From positions 64,001 to 128,000 of the forward strand of contig CAVPLM010000008.1 of the NCBI GenBank assembly GCA_963706025.1: 64,000 nt of DNA, given 5' to 3'. Shown here one piece after another: positions 19,659-29,814 of the stretch. Under the pieces are notes generated by a model that was given only the letters and a program-made list of their open reading frames with translations, had not been told where the DNA came from and did no database searches. This stretch comes from an uncultured Actinomycetes bacterium. Its GTDB lineage: Bacteria > Actinomycetota > Thermoleophilia > RBG-16-64-13. The stretch's first letter is position 1, and each line of letters starts with the position of its first letter. Both the position numbers and the translations under genes were made by a program.

Positions 19659-21032
19659 ATGTTTTGGCGCCGCCCGCATAAGAGTGCGAAGCAAGCCCCG
19701 GTCACCTTACCCCCTGCGGATACGGCGCTTGCAGTCAAGTTCGTCGCGGAGGCAGGGAAGCAGATGCTCGAGGCGAGCCCATCGGTCAGCGAGGTCCTGG
19801 ACCGTTTGCGCAGATTCCTGCCTGCGATCGGACTCGAAGGCTGCATGATCGACGCCAACCTCAGCACCCTGACTCTGAGCTACTGGGGGCCGGGGATGCC
19901 TTTGCCCGTGACCATGATGCAGGACGTGAGAGCGCCCGAACCACGGTTGGAGAGGATGGCGGAGACCGTGTCGCTGCTCCAGAGGGTCGAACGGAGGGAG
20001 ATCGATCTTGCGGCGGCTTTCGAGCAACTCCAGGCGCTCGCCCGGGCTCCCAGCATGCGGCGGCGCTATGCGCGCACCGCCATCCTGGTCTCCGTGGTTG
20101 GATGGGTGCTGTTCCTAAACGGTCTGGACATCGTCTCAGTACTCGTCGCACTTCTGGCGACGGCGCTCACCCTCCCGGTCAACTCCGTCGTCAGCCGGCT
20201 GCGCCTTCCGCTCATATCAGGGACATTCGTTGCCGCGATCATCCTGGCTGCTGTTCCCAACCTGTTGGCGGCTGCTGGATTGTCGTTCTCGGTAGCCGCC
20301 GCCGTGGTCGGCGGGCTCTTCATCTATCTGCCGGGGCGCGCCTTCGTCACGGCCGTCATCGACGGTCTTGGCAACGCGCCTGTCTCGGCCATCACCCGCG
20401 CTTTCGAAGCCCTGGTCACCGCGGGCGCCCTGGCGCTCGGCGTGGTGGTCGGCGGCGAGATCGGGGCCGGGCTCGGGGTGGGACTCCAAGCCGACGTTAC
20501 TTCAGCACCCTTGTGGATCTCGGTCCTTGCGGCGGGAGTCGGCGTGCTGGGTATCGCAGTGGCCTGGGGAATGCCGCGCACCCGGGTGATACCAACGGTG
20601 GCGATAGCCGCAATCGGCTGGCTGATCGTCGCACTGCCGGCTCGGGAGGAGGGCGGGGCGGGCTGGGTCGCCTATCTTCTCGCAGCCATGTTTGTAGGCT
20701 TCGCCGGGGTCATCGGGGCTTCCCTCCAGGGCGGGACCGCTAGTGTGTACTCCGGGGTGGCGATACTGCCTCTGGTCCCGGGGTTCAGCATCTACCAGGG
20801 GATGTTGGCTCTCACTCTGGGGACAGGGGACGCTGCGGATCCGTTGAAGAACGCAGCCGTCATCTCGCTTGCCATTGCAGGCGGTGTGGCCGTGGGCCTG
20901 GCACTGGGCCGGAATGCCTTCTCGCTCGCTAGGTGGCTAGGGAGCCACACGCGATCTGCCGGGTCCGACCGCGAGGCCGTCACCCCTACCGAGGCTGCCG
21001 ACTCCTCCGGGGGCGCCGGTCCCCCCGGCTAG
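19659..21032 (+). CDS. Threonine/serine exporter (ThrE) family protein
   Basis: Soluble N-domain then many TM helices; YLPGRAF..A..D and ILPLVPGFSIYQGM. Confidence 0.8.
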   Translation: MFWRRPHKSAKQAPVTLPPADTALAVKFVAEAGKQMLEASPSVSEVLDRLRRFLPAIGLEGCMIDANLSTLTLSYWGPGMPLPVTMMQDVRAPEPRLERMAETVSLLQRVERREIDLAAAFEQLQALARAPSMRRRYARTAILVSVVGWVLFLNGLDIVSVLVALLATALTLPVNSVVSRLRLPLISGTFVAAIILAAVPNLLAAAGLSFSVAAAVVGGLFIYLPGRAFVTAVIDGLGNAPVSAITRAFEALVTAGALALGVVVGGEIGAGLGVGLQADVTSAPLWISVLAAGVGVLGIAVAWGMPRTRVIPTVAIAAIGWLIVALPAREEGGAGWVAYLLAAMFVGFAGVIGASLQGGTASVYSGVAILPLVPGFSIYQGMLALTLGTGDAADPLKNAAVISLAIAGGVAVGLALGRNAFSLARWLGSHTRSAGSDREAVTPTEAADSSGGAGPPG

Positions 21033-21097
21033 CTCGAAGAGAACAGCACTCACGAGTGCCGCACGGACGGGTATACATTGGGCGGGACGATCATTCC

Positions 21098-21537
21098 GGG
21101 CCCGTGGGTGTAGCGTCCGCCTTGTATCTCACTCAAAGGAGGGGACGGCAATGGAACTGATAGATGCCCTGCTGGGAGACGTTCCCATGCTCGTGGCCAC
21201 TGGGACCATAGACCACAGCACGTGCGGTGTTCTGCAGGCGGCCCTTCACCGAAGACTCGAGTCCCGCCATAACATCGTCTTCCTGGATCTCAGCAACGTC
21301 ACCCATATGGACGACGCCGGTCTCTCGGTCCTCCTCGCCTGGGTGCAGGCCTTGCACGGGAGAGGATGGCTGGGGGTGATCGGGCCAAACGTCGACGTCC
21401 GCCGCCTTCTGGAAGGCGAGGGGTTCCTCGTCCATCCGAACGTGCGCGTCTTCGAAACCAGGCAGGCGGCTCTCGTTGCCACGGGGGAGAGGCAAAGCAC
21501 GTAACCAAGCGGGATCAGCGAAGCTTGGCATGGACCG
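21098..21537 (+). repeat. 440-bp duplicated segment, copy 2
   Basis: Near-identical to 2503-2942. Confidence 0.95.
21151..21504 (+). CDS. STAS-domain anti-sigma-factor antagonist (identical protein to 2556-2909)
   Basis: Identical 117-aa translation. Confidence 0.85.
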   Translation: MELIDALLGDVPMLVATGTIDHSTCGVLQAALHRRLESRHNIVFLDLSNVTHMDDAGLSVLLAWVQALHGRGWLGVIGPNVDVRRLLEGEGFLVHPNVRVFETRQAALVATGERQST

Positions 21538-21552
21538 ACAATCGGATCATCC

Positions 21553-21823
21553 GAGCGGGGATACGATCTCTCGGGGCAGCGGGCGAAAGGCATCGACGAG
21601 TACCTGGGCAAGGTTCTCTTTCAATACCTCATTATCGTGTGTGCCGAGGCCGAGAAGAACTGTCCCACCGTCTGGCCGGGAGTAGGCAAGCGCCTATCGT
21701 GGTCCGTCGATGATCCCAGCTCGTCCGAGGGCTCGGTAGAGAAGCGACTGGCCGGGTTCGGTGCAGCTCGGAACCCAGATCGACGGACTGGTCAGGACCT
21801 GGGTGGGTAAGGCTGACCTCTAG
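21553..21823 (+). pseudogene. arsC: C-terminal half of a thioredoxin-coupled arsenate reductase (LMW-PTP fold)
   Basis: ERGYDLSGQRAKGIDEYLGKVLFQYLIIVCAEAEKNCPTVWPG...WSVDDP; N-terminal CX5R missing; frameshift near 21775. Confidence 0.75.
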
Positions 21824-21856
21824 CCTCCGGTCGCCCTTCCCACCAGGAACGTGTCC

Positions 21857-22070
21857 TCACCCCTTTGCGCCATCGAGCAACTGCCGACCTACTCCAGCTT
21901 GCTCAAGAGGTTTCCACAGCATCTGGGCCACCTCGCCTCGGGTGGCGTGGCTGCCGGTGAGCCAGCCGTCCAGGGTGCCGGCCGGTCCCTGGATGCCGGC
22001 CAGCAGTCCGTTGAACTCGGCTCTTCTGATGTTGCTTCCGTGAGTGGGGTCGGCATAGCTGAGCACCCCC
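21857..22070 (-). pseudogene. C-terminal fragment of an SLH-domain protein
   Basis: YADPTHGSNIRRAEFNGLL...ATRGEVAQMLW, paralogous to 61334-62572. Confidence 0.7.
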
Positions 22071-22083
22071 GTCCAGGAGACTC

Positions 22084-22116
22084 CGGGCGAGTTCGGGGGC
22101 ACTTCTTGGGCACAGT
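22084..22116 (+). repeat. Junction repeat (att arm-like)
   Basis: CGGGCGAGTTCGGGGGCA is identical to 26661-26678; followed by GGGCAC direct repeats. Confidence 0.75.
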
Positions 22117-22287
22117 TCCGGTACCTTTGCGACACCTGTTGCGGTAGGTGGACGACACCAGTTCCGGTACTGTGACACATGGACGAGGCTTGAACCGGCA
22201 CCGAATCGGGATGATAGGATGTCCGGGCATTGACCGATCACGGTCGGCAAGAGTGATTCTCGTTAAGACAAGACGGAGGTTCGCGTA

Positions 22288-22761
22288 ATGAGGCTGCGTA
22301 GCGTGCTGGTCCTGCTTATCATCTCGTTGCTTGTCATACCGCTTGTTGCCTGCGGTGGAGATGGCGAGTCGACGGATACGACGGCTGCGGCGACGCAAAC
22401 GACCGGGGCGATGAGCGCTCCGGCAGGGGAGAAGGTCGCCAAGATGTCGTCTCAGGCTGTCCTGGACGCTATCGGTGCGGGCGCAAAGGACGGTGAAGTG
22501 GTCAGGCCGTTGACCGCTTGGGTGATCAGCAGCGCGAACGCGGCGAACCTATATTTCGTAGCCATGGAGTTCTCGAGCAGCACGGAGAACCACGTAGGAC
22601 TGTGGGCGACCGATGATCCAGAAGGCGCCGGCCAGTTCTGGGCGATCGACGATGTAGCTCAGGACGTGACGACGTTTCCTAAGGGTGATGACGCCGAGCC
22701 GGAGATCACCATGGATGACGCCGCCGCGAAGGAGGCACTGGCCAAGTACAACGTCCAGTAA
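22288..22761 (+). CDS. Hypothetical lipoprotein
   Basis: Signal peptide with LVAC lipobox, Thr-rich linker, GGAGG RBS. Confidence 0.8.
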   Translation: MRLRSVLVLLIISLLVIPLVACGGDGESTDTTAAATQTTGAMSAPAGEKVAKMSSQAVLDAIGAGAKDGEVVRPLTAWVISSANAANLYFVAMEFSSSTENHVGLWATDDPEGAGQFWAIDDVAQDVTTFPKGDDAEPEITMDDAAAKEALAKYNVQ

Positions 22762-22786
22762 GTGATGCCCGGACGACCCGAGAAAG

Positions 22787-22814
22787 GAAAGCCCTGGGAG
22801 TCTCCGGGGCTTTC
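22787..22814. terminator. Intrinsic terminator-like hairpin
   Basis: GAAAGCCCTGG-GAGTCT-CCGGGGCTTTC. Confidence 0.65.
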
Positions 22815-22820
22815 TGCTTT

Positions 22821-22841
22821 GTGCGCCCGATGGGGTTCGGA
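22821..22841 (-). repeat. Possible 3' fragment of a second tRNA (Arg-like acceptor)
   Basis: Minus strand TCCGAAC-CCCAT-CGGGCGC-A-C, followed by the hairpin. Confidence 0.4.
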
Positions 22842-22851
22842 TGAGATACGG

Positions 22852-23679
22852 GTGGCCAAATCCCTGCGTGTCGCCCTCATGTTCGCCGCAGAAGTTGCGC
22901 TCGTGCTCTCCGTGCTTATGCTGACCAGTTGTGGTGGCTCAAGTTCGTCATCCAACGCTTCGGCAGCATTCGACCGGACGTTCACACGCGACAATTGGGC
23001 TGAACTCGACGCCGATCCCGACGCCTTTGAGGGCGCGTGGGTGGACATTGTAGGCGAAGTGCTGGGCGAGCCCGTGAAGGACGGGGACTCCACCTACTGG
23101 CAGATGTGGCCCCACCCCACCAACGTAGACTGGCTCGCCGTGGTCGAGTTCGAGGACCCGTCGTTCACCATCGCCGATGGCGACTGCGTCCGTGTGCTGG
23201 GCACTGTGCGAGGTACGGCCGAGGGCAAGATCCCTTTCCTGGCGACGCTCGATGCCGTGGCCGTGCACGCCGAGACGGCGGAGGTAGTCGACCGAGACGC
23301 CCTTGCGCCGCCGGCACTGCGCACCGTCGAAGTGGCACAGAGCGTCGACCAGCACCGCTTGGTCGTTACCGTGGACAAGGTGGAGTTCGCCGCCAACGAG
23401 ACCCGCGTCTACGTCACAGTAAGCAACCAGTCAACCGCTACCGCCATGTTCAACGGCTACAAGGCCAGAGCAATGCAGGGGCAGACTCAGTATGCACCCG
23501 AGGACCTCACCTACTACCCGTGGGTGGAGCCGGAACTGCCGCCGGCCGCCTCATCCTCCGGGGTGATTCTCTTCAAAGCGCTAGACCCCTTGCAGGCCAC
23601 AAAACTATCACTAGAGCCTCGTACCGACGATTATCAACTGAAGTTCACCCCGTATGTCTTTGCGATAGCAGGGAACTAG
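22852..23679 (+). CDS. Hypothetical lipoprotein (OB-fold-like plus DUF4352-like domains)
   Basis: LTSC lipobox; VTVDKVEFAANETRVYVTVSN...LPPAASSSGVILF. Confidence 0.65.
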   Translation: MAKSLRVALMFAAEVALVLSVLMLTSCGGSSSSSNASAAFDRTFTRDNWAELDADPDAFEGAWVDIVGEVLGEPVKDGDSTYWQMWPHPTNVDWLAVVEFEDPSFTIADGDCVRVLGTVRGTAEGKIPFLATLDAVAVHAETAEVVDRDALAPPALRTVEVAQSVDQHRLVVTVDKVEFAANETRVYVTVSNQSTATAMFNGYKARAMQGQTQYAPEDLTYYPWVEPELPPAASSSGVILFKALDPLQATKLSLEPRTDDYQLKFTPYVFAIAGN

Positions 23680-23699
23680 GCCGTCCTTCAAGAGACCCG

Positions 23700-23740
23700 G
23701 CCGCGCAACCGGTACCGGGGGATCGAATCCCCCCCTCTCC
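23700..23740 (+). repeat. tRNA-Ser 3' fragment
   Basis: GCCGCGCAACCGGTACCGGGGGATCGAATCCCCCCCTCTCC. Confidence 0.88.
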
Positions 23741-23769
23741 AACGGCGACCGAGGATCTCCCCCGACTTG

Positions 23770-24492
23770 TCAGGCAAGCGCAATGACCCTGGCCGGGCCG
23801 GAGTCGGCCTTCAGTCTGATGGGAAGGGCCATGATATAGCAGCGCTTCCCGGTCACCTCGTCGATCTCGCCCCCCAGATTCTCTATGAGCAGTATCTCGT
23901 TCTCTATGAGGCACACTCGATGCAAGGGATGGTCCCAGTGGTCTTGCTCGCTGCCCGGTTCCACACAGATCGTATCCATGCCGATCATCTTGATCTTTTT
24001 TTCCAGTAAGAACCTCTCTACGGCAACCCCGTCCAGTCCGGGGTGCAGGGTGCCATACTCCTTGGTCCCGAATTGCTTGTGCCGGCCCGTATTGATGATG
24101 AGGATGTCGCCTTCCTCGATCGTGGGCTCCGCCTTCTCAAGGTCCTCCCCCGTGATGGGCGCGCTGTCCCCCAGATGCCTGAAATCGAGCACGACGCCGG
24201 GTCCCATGAAGGCGTCGAGCGGGAACTGGTAGATCGCCTTTCCTTCTTTGCTGAAATGCCAGGTTCCATCGACATGCGTTCCCGTGTGGGTTGTGATCTG
24301 CACGTCGTGGTAGATAGGCCATCCCGGCGCGGGTCCGCTACCCCCGCCACACATGGGAGGCACGTCCTCGGGCATGTCGTGCCGTTCGACCAATGTCCTC
24401 GCGCCTGCCGCCTCCTCCGCGGGATGCATCTGCATGTCGGAATATGTCAGAACGCTTAGATCGTAAGCTTTCTCAAACTGAATGATGTTCAC
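23770..24492 (-). CDS. Cyclase family metal-dependent hydrolase (kynurenine formamidase-like)
   Basis: HTGTHVDG motif, IGMDT, LLIENL, DSGPARVIA. Confidence 0.9.
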   Translation of the reverse strand: MNIIQFEKAYDLSVLTYSDMQMHPAEEAAGARTLVERHDMPEDVPPMCGGGSGPAPGWPIYHDVQITTHTGTHVDGTWHFSKEGKAIYQFPLDAFMGPGVVLDFRHLGDSAPITGEDLEKAEPTIEEGDILIINTGRHKQFGTKEYGTLHPGLDGVAVERFLLEKKIKMIGMDTICVEPGSEQDHWDHPLHRVCLIENEILLIENLGGEIDEVTGKRCYIMALPIRLKADSGPARVIALA

Positions 24493-24791
24493 CTTGTTTT
24501 CCTATCTCTTTCCTATAGTCTACGATTTAACTTCGCTTTCAAACCACGATAAAACTGCATCAGTACATTCGCATAATCTCACTAAACAATATCGTTGTTT
24601 TCATTCTTCTGGAGGGCAAACTCGCCGCCCCACAGTATCCCCCGTCGTGTGAGATGCCACAAGGCAAACCCTCGACCACAACGACAACCCTCTATTTCAG
24701 GCTCGGCGAGACCTGGACCTCGGTCGTGACTCCTTGACATGAGCAGGCCCATCTGCGTTGGTCCATTCGTCGGCCAAGCGGTTGCGGGGGA

Positions 24792-25580
24792 CTAGTTCGG
24801 CCGCCGCAGCAGGAAGAACACGTTGCCGTAGTACCCCGGGTACTTGCGGCGTATGTCGATCTCCGCTTGGATCCGCTCCAGCAGCTCCAGCCTCTCCGGA
24901 TCGGCGGCGAGACTGTTGCGATACCGGGCGAGACGAGCTTCGAGTGGGCGGTAGTAGAAGTCCCACCACGATGAATCGGGGAGCACGAACTCGCCCACGA
25001 GCTCGAACCCGCAGTCGGCGATGAGCCTTTCATTGGCTATCACGTCGAGCATCGCGGGATACTCGGCGGCGAAGAACTGCGCGCACTCCGCCGGCGGGTC
25101 GGGAAGCAGCCAGGCGAGTTCGGAAACCGCCGCCAGCCCACCGGGCACCAGCCGGGCGAAGCAGGCCTCGAGTCCGGCCTGAAAGCCCATGACGAAGAGA
25201 GACCCCTCGGCCCAGACAAGGTCGAAGACTCCCTCCTCCTCGCTCAGGGCGTGCATGTCTTTCAGGCAAGAGCGGATCTTCTCCCCCAGACCCTCGGCGC
25301 GGGCGCGGCTCTCCAGCTCGTCCAAGTACGGCTGGTGGTTGTCTACGGCCAAGACGGTGCCGTCCAGATGACGGGCCAGTTGCAGCGTCTGCGCGCCGGT
25401 GCCGCAGCCGATGTCTAGGACCCGCATGCGCTTGGGCTGTGGCCTGTCCGAGCCTCGACCCCCGGCAACCAGCAGACTACTCAGAGCGCGCAGGGTCGAA
25501 GCGTCATCTCCCGGGCCTAGCCGCGGCATCGTGGGGTCGAATATCTCGTAGAAGAGACGCCATTGTTCTTGTTCGTCCAT
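24792..25580 (-). CDS. Class I SAM-dependent methyltransferase
   Basis: PRLGPGDDASTLRAL, VLDIGCGTGAQT, FDLVWAEGS. Confidence 0.9.
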   Translation of the reverse strand: MDEQEQWRLFYEIFDPTMPRLGPGDDASTLRALSSLLVAGGRGSDRPQPKRMRVLDIGCGTGAQTLQLARHLDGTVLAVDNHQPYLDELESRARAEGLGEKIRSCLKDMHALSEEEGVFDLVWAEGSLFVMGFQAGLEACFARLVPGGLAAVSELAWLLPDPPAECAQFFAAEYPAMLDVIANERLIADCGFELVGEFVLPDSSWWDFYYRPLEARLARYRNSLAADPERLELLERIQAEIDIRRKYPGYYGNVFFLLRRPN

Positions 25581-25710
25581 GGTGGTGTTCTTCACCCTTC
25601 CTGACGTAGGCGGCCAAATCGGCGTGGACAGGCTACCTAGATTCGCGTGCCTCACAACCGGTCACACGGTCTGTAGACGCCCTAGCTCCGTCTGCAGGCG
25701 GGTGCTCGCG

Positions 25711-26596
25711 CTACCGCTGCCTACGTCCGAGGAAGGGGACCAGGACCGGTGTCCGCCGTTTGTAGGCCTCGTACGCTTCCTGGCCGCCCCAGGTCGTGTC
25801 GGCCTTCTTCTCAAGGAGCGGCACGCCGCTCACCCGGGTGATGAGCAGATAGACGAAGACCGGCGAGATGAGGGTCACGAACTGCCAGCCCCGCAGCACC
25901 GGCAGGGCGATGAGGGCGATGCCGATCCACAGGGTGATCTCCCCGAAGTAGTTGGGGTGCCGGGAGATGGCCCACACACCCGAGGTGATGAACGAGCCCT
26001 GGTGGGCAGGGTCGGCCCGGAAACGGCTCTTCTGGAGGTCGGCAATGGCTTCGAGCCCGAAACCGATCGCCCACACGCCCAGGCCTACGTACGCGAAGCA
26101 GGTCGAGTCCCTGGGGCTCGGTCGAGGTCACGGCCGCCAGCGCGGCGGCCAGGGTCAGGCTCACCCACAGCCCTTGCAGCGTCCAGGTCATAAAGAGGCG
26201 GGGAGCAGAGCGCTTGATCTCATCGAAGCGGTCGTCCTTGCCCGCTCGGCGCACCCGGCGAAAGAGGAAGGGTCCCAAACGTCCGGCCCACACGAGTACC
26301 AGCACCAGCAGCAGGATGGAGCGGGCGTCGCTGGCCCCGCTCAAAACGACGGCAAGCACGATGCCCGAGATGTAGGTGAAGCTGCCGGTGAGATCGTAGA
26401 AGCGCTCGGTCTGCCCGAGGTAGGAGGGTACGAAGGCCAGCCACTGCACGAGGAAGGCGTAGCCGACGATAAGCGCGAAGACCGGCATGACCCCAACAGT
26501 GACCCCACCCTGGGAGCCGGCCCAGGCGACCAGGCCGGCGACCAGAACGACCACGAGCGAAGCGGCGATCGACGAGGCGCTCTTTTTGCCGGCCAT
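25711..26596 (-). pseudogene. DUF1295 (steroid 5-alpha-reductase-like) membrane protein, frameshifted near 26098
   Basis: ERFYDLTGS..DDRFDEIK in one frame; ADLQKSRF..SRHPNYFGEI in another. Confidence 0.8.
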
Positions 26597-26645
26597 CTGC
26601 TGCTCCTCGGGGACGGTATTCGGTGCGCGCGAACTCGAAAGCCAT

Positions 26646-26753
26646 GGTAGCAGGACGCGTCGGGCGAGTTCGGGGGCAACTCGGGGGCAAACTCGACGGC
26701 ACTCGATGGCAGTGAACGGACCGGGACGGACCGGGACGGACGCGAAGACGCGG
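26646..26753 (+). repeat. Junction repeat region (att arm-like tandem motifs)
   Basis: CGGGCGAGTTCGGGGGCAACTCGGGGGCAAACTCG; ACGGACCGGG tandem. Confidence 0.75.
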
Positions 26754-26771
26754 GATCACAGATTCGAGGCG

Positions 26772-27389
26772 CTATCTCATGTCCATCTTCTTCTCGTATC
26801 GTCTCTTGACCATGAGGCAGATCGGCGCGGGTATCGCGGGCCTGATGAAGTAGTCAACTCGTGGTGCCGAACCACCACTATTCAAGTCCGAAGCTATCGC
26901 GGCAAAGGCCCTCTTCAGCTTCAGGTCCAGGAAGGGCACCCGTTTGGTCGTCACCACGACCGGCCCGCTGGAGATGCAGACCGCGAATCTCCAGTCGAGA
27001 GAGAGCCGGCGGCAGAAATTCATCAAGACCCGGACGCATTCGCCGAATATCACCGGTCTGGGGAAACCGCAGTTCACGATCGCGTAGACCTTGGCCTCTC
27101 GCGTGTATTGTTTACCCGATCTGGTGTACGAGTAGTAGTCCTCGAGGAGCCGCATGAGCGCTCCGGGAATCGCGTATGCGTAGAGAGGGAAGACCAGGAT
27201 CAGAGCGTCGGCGGCGGCCAGTTGTCCTAGTACCTCCGACGGATAGCTCCCGTTAAGGCGTGCCTTGACAGTGACTATCGTCTTGGCGTATTCGGCGTCG
27301 GGGAGCCGACTCTCGACATCCCTTAGGAACTCGAGGGATGACGCCTTCTTGCCCCGGAGACTACCGTTTATCAGACAGATGCGTCTCAT
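26772..27389 (-). CDS. Flavodoxin-like NAD(P)H-dependent oxidoreductase
   Basis: LINGSLRGKKASS, ADALILVFPLY, AIVNCGFP. Confidence 0.75.
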   Translation of the reverse strand: MRRICLINGSLRGKKASSLEFLRDVESRLPDAEYAKTIVTVKARLNGSYPSEVLGQLAAADALILVFPLYAYAIPGALMRLLEDYYSYTRSGKQYTREAKVYAIVNCGFPRPVIFGECVRVLMNFCRRLSLDWRFAVCISSGPVVVTTKRVPFLDLKLKRAFAAIASDLNSGGSAPRVDYFIRPAIPAPICLMVKRRYEKKMDMR

Positions 27390-27916
27390 GCCTGACCCGC
27401 GGCCAGCAGGTCTCGTCTCAGACTCTCACAGATCGCGGCGTTCTCTTCGAGGGACTGCGTGACATGGACATCGACCCTGCTATCCATCCCGGGGTGAACG
27501 ATATCTGCGCTACCACAGTGCTTGGCAGTCAGATCGATGAAGGTGCTCTTCTCCTCAGCGTCGATATCGCTGCTGCACCCGATGACTATCTGCCACGCAT
27601 GACTGCCGGTACCTCTGTCGAGGGCGTTCTTGACGGTCGAGGAGAAGTGTCCGAAGACGACCGGAGTCACAAAGACCGTCAGGCCCAACTGCTTCACGTC
27701 CCTTCTGATCTCACCCACGGCATCCTTGTTGACGCACTCCCCTCGGTGTCTTGTCGCGCAAAGGAAACAGCCAAGGCAGGGGGCCACGCGGTCTCTCTGG
27801 AGTCCGATCGCTTGAACCTGGGCGCCGTTATCCGCGAGCACCCGGGCCAAACCGGCCGTCAGGTTCTCCGACAGCTCGGTTTTGCAGTCGCTGTCTGAAA
27901 AGATGACGGCTCTCAT
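27386..27916 (-). CDS. Flavodoxin family (iron-sulfur flavoprotein-like) protein
   Basis: PCLGCFLC...ECVNKD, TPVVFGHFSSTVKNALDR. Confidence 0.75.
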   Translation of the reverse strand: MRAVIFSDSDCKTELSENLTAGLARVLADNGAQVQAIGLQRDRVAPCLGCFLCATRHRGECVNKDAVGEIRRDVKQLGLTVFVTPVVFGHFSSTVKNALDRGTGSHAWQIVIGCSSDIDAEEKSTFIDLTAKHCGSADIVHPGMDSRVDVHVTQSLEENAAICESLRRDLLAAGQA

Positions 27917-27960
27917 CACGACCCTCCGCGGTTCCGCTACTCCTTTGTGCACAGTCGCGG

Positions 27961-28503
27961 CTATGACCCGGCCACCAGCCGGGGCATCGCGTCCAGCGCG
28001 GCCTCCGGGGCGCGGCTGGACGGATCGTCGCGCATCATGCGGATGGCCTCTGTTCCAATTGCCATCGCGAAGACAGCCGTCATCTCGGGATCTTCCACGT
28101 GCAGTTCGCCGGCCTCGTTTCCTTGGACGATGAGGCCCTGCACCATCGGGCCGAAGACGCGCGCGTTCACCTCGGCCACGATCTCGGGCGGCTCACCGGC
28201 ATCTCGGTAGGGGTTCGCCTCGAACCCACGACGGGCGTCGGCGAAGGCGATCCTGGTCACTTCGACGATGCGGCCGAGCGCGCTCGTCTCCGTAAGCAAC
28301 GACTCCACACGCTGCCGTTGCTGCATCGCCCAGAGCTCCACCGAGGCCCGATAAATGCTTTCCTTGGTCCCGAAGTGCTCGTAGATCGTCTGCTTCGAGA
28401 TGTGCAGCGCTCGTGCCAGGTCATCCACCGATGCACGGCGGTAACCGTAGCGCAGGGCTAGTTCGCCGAACGCTGCGGCTATTTCGTCTTTCGTGGCCGG
28501 CAT
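27961..28503 (-). CDS. TetR/AcrR family regulator
   Basis: GYRRASVDDLARALHISKQTIYEHFGTKE HTH. Confidence 0.92.
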   Translation of the reverse strand: MPATKDEIAAAFGELALRYGYRRASVDDLARALHISKQTIYEHFGTKESIYRASVELWAMQQRQRVESLLTETSALGRIVEVTRIAFADARRGFEANPYRDAGEPPEIVAEVNARVFGPMVQGLIVQGNEAGELHVEDPEMTAVFAMAIGTEAIRMMRDDPSSRAPEAALDAMPRLVAGS

Positions 28504-28525
28504 ATGCCTCTCCGCTTGGCTGTAC

Positions 28526-28556
28526 TGCTGTACTCATAGAGTTCGAAAGTACAGCA
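28526..28556. promoter_or_regulatory. Probable TetR operator
   Basis: Perfect inverted repeat TGCTGTACT-N13-AGTACAGCA just upstream of tetR. Confidence 0.6.
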
Positions 28557-28641
28557 TAGTCTCCTTCACGAGGTAAGTCAAGGGATTACTGGCCTCCCGT
28601 CGGAGAGGCACTCAGCGCCTCGCGGCCACGGCGTTGAGAAC

Positions 28642-28681
28642 CCGCGCAATCGGTACCGGGGGTTCGAATCCCCCCGCTTCG
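28642..28681 (+). repeat. tRNA-Ser 3' fragment
   Basis: CCGCGCAATCGGTACCGGGGGTTCGAATCCCCCC. Confidence 0.88.
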
Positions 28682-28831
28682 TTTGGAGATCGAAATCGTC
28701 TCTTTCGTGGGATTCTTCACTCAGTCTGCACGATGGCTTGCCGATCCTCAGGGCGCAGCTCGACGATGCCGATACCGTGACTAGTTGCATGATGGTCGGC
28801 CGGCCCATTATCCTACAGCAGCCGGTCGTGG

Positions 28832-29731
28832 ATGACCGCAAACAGCCACCGCACAGGAATGACACGCCGAAGGAACATCGCCAGAGCATCGATCTGCGGA
28901 GCAACGGCGCTGATGACGATAGCGCTGGTTTCCCTCCTCACCTGGGGATGTGGAGAGAACGCGTCTCCGCCGCTGAGCCTCTCCGCGGGGCCCACGGTCT
29001 CCGACGCCCCCGTGTGGCCCAGCGCGACCGCGCCCAGCGGTCAGGGGAGAGGCTCGGTCTCCCTGCACGAGAGGGTGATGGCCGAGCAGGGCCGTCGGAC
29101 CGGCGCGGCGGCCGCGGACCGCCCGACCACGACCACTTCGACGGACGCGCCTCAGTCGACCACAACCGCCTCCAGCGCCCCAGCGGGCGCGGCGGGCGAG
29201 ACGACCGCTGTCGTACTCACCGCAGGACAGACACCGCTCGTAGGGGTATGGAGCGGAGCGGCCGAGCGGCTGGCCTCATTCCTTCTTCAGGCCTCTCCTT
29301 CCCCTCGCTTCACGGTCCCGGTCCCGGTCCTGGCCGAGTACTACATCCGCTACTGTCGCGAAGCGGGACTGCGGGCCGATCTGCTCTGGGCGCAGATGAT
29401 CCACGAAACCGGCTACGGCATGTACGGCGGGGCCTTGGTGCCGGAGCAGAACAACTACGCGGGCATCGGAGCCACCGGCGGCGGCGAACCAGGTGCGTGG
29501 TTCCCCACAGCCGAGGCGGGAGTCGTCGCCCACGTGGCCCACATGGTGGCTTATGTCTACGACTCGAGCCCGGTACCGTGGGCCGATGCGACCACCGATC
29601 CGCGGTTCGACTTCGTCTACCCTCGGGGCGCGGCCTCCGTCCTGGCCGACCTGAATGGACGCTGGGCCGTTCCCGGTACCGAGTACGGCCAGCATGTCGA
29701 AGCAATCGTCCGGGCGATAAACCCGGAGTAG
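28832..29731 (+). CDS. Glucosaminidase-domain lipoprotein (peptidoglycan hydrolase-like)
   Basis: WAQMIHETGY..GG..PEQNNYAGIGATGG..GRWAVPG; lipobox-like WGC. Confidence 0.8.
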   Translation: MTANSHRTGMTRRRNIARASICGATALMTIALVSLLTWGCGENASPPLSLSAGPTVSDAPVWPSATAPSGQGRGSVSLHERVMAEQGRRTGAAAADRPTTTTSTDAPQSTTTASSAPAGAAGETTAVVLTAGQTPLVGVWSGAAERLASFLLQASPSPRFTVPVPVLAEYYIRYCREAGLRADLLWAQMIHETGYGMYGGALVPEQNNYAGIGATGGGEPGAWFPTAEAGVVAHVAHMVAYVYDSSPVPWADATTDPRFDFVYPRGAASVLADLNGRWAVPGTEYGQHVEAIVRAINPE

Positions 29732-29814
29732 GGGACAACACCCTGAATCGAAACGCATCGTCGATCTGTACGTTCCGGTGAAGCCTTCTACTCCGGCGCC
29801 GCGTGCGTTCGTTA

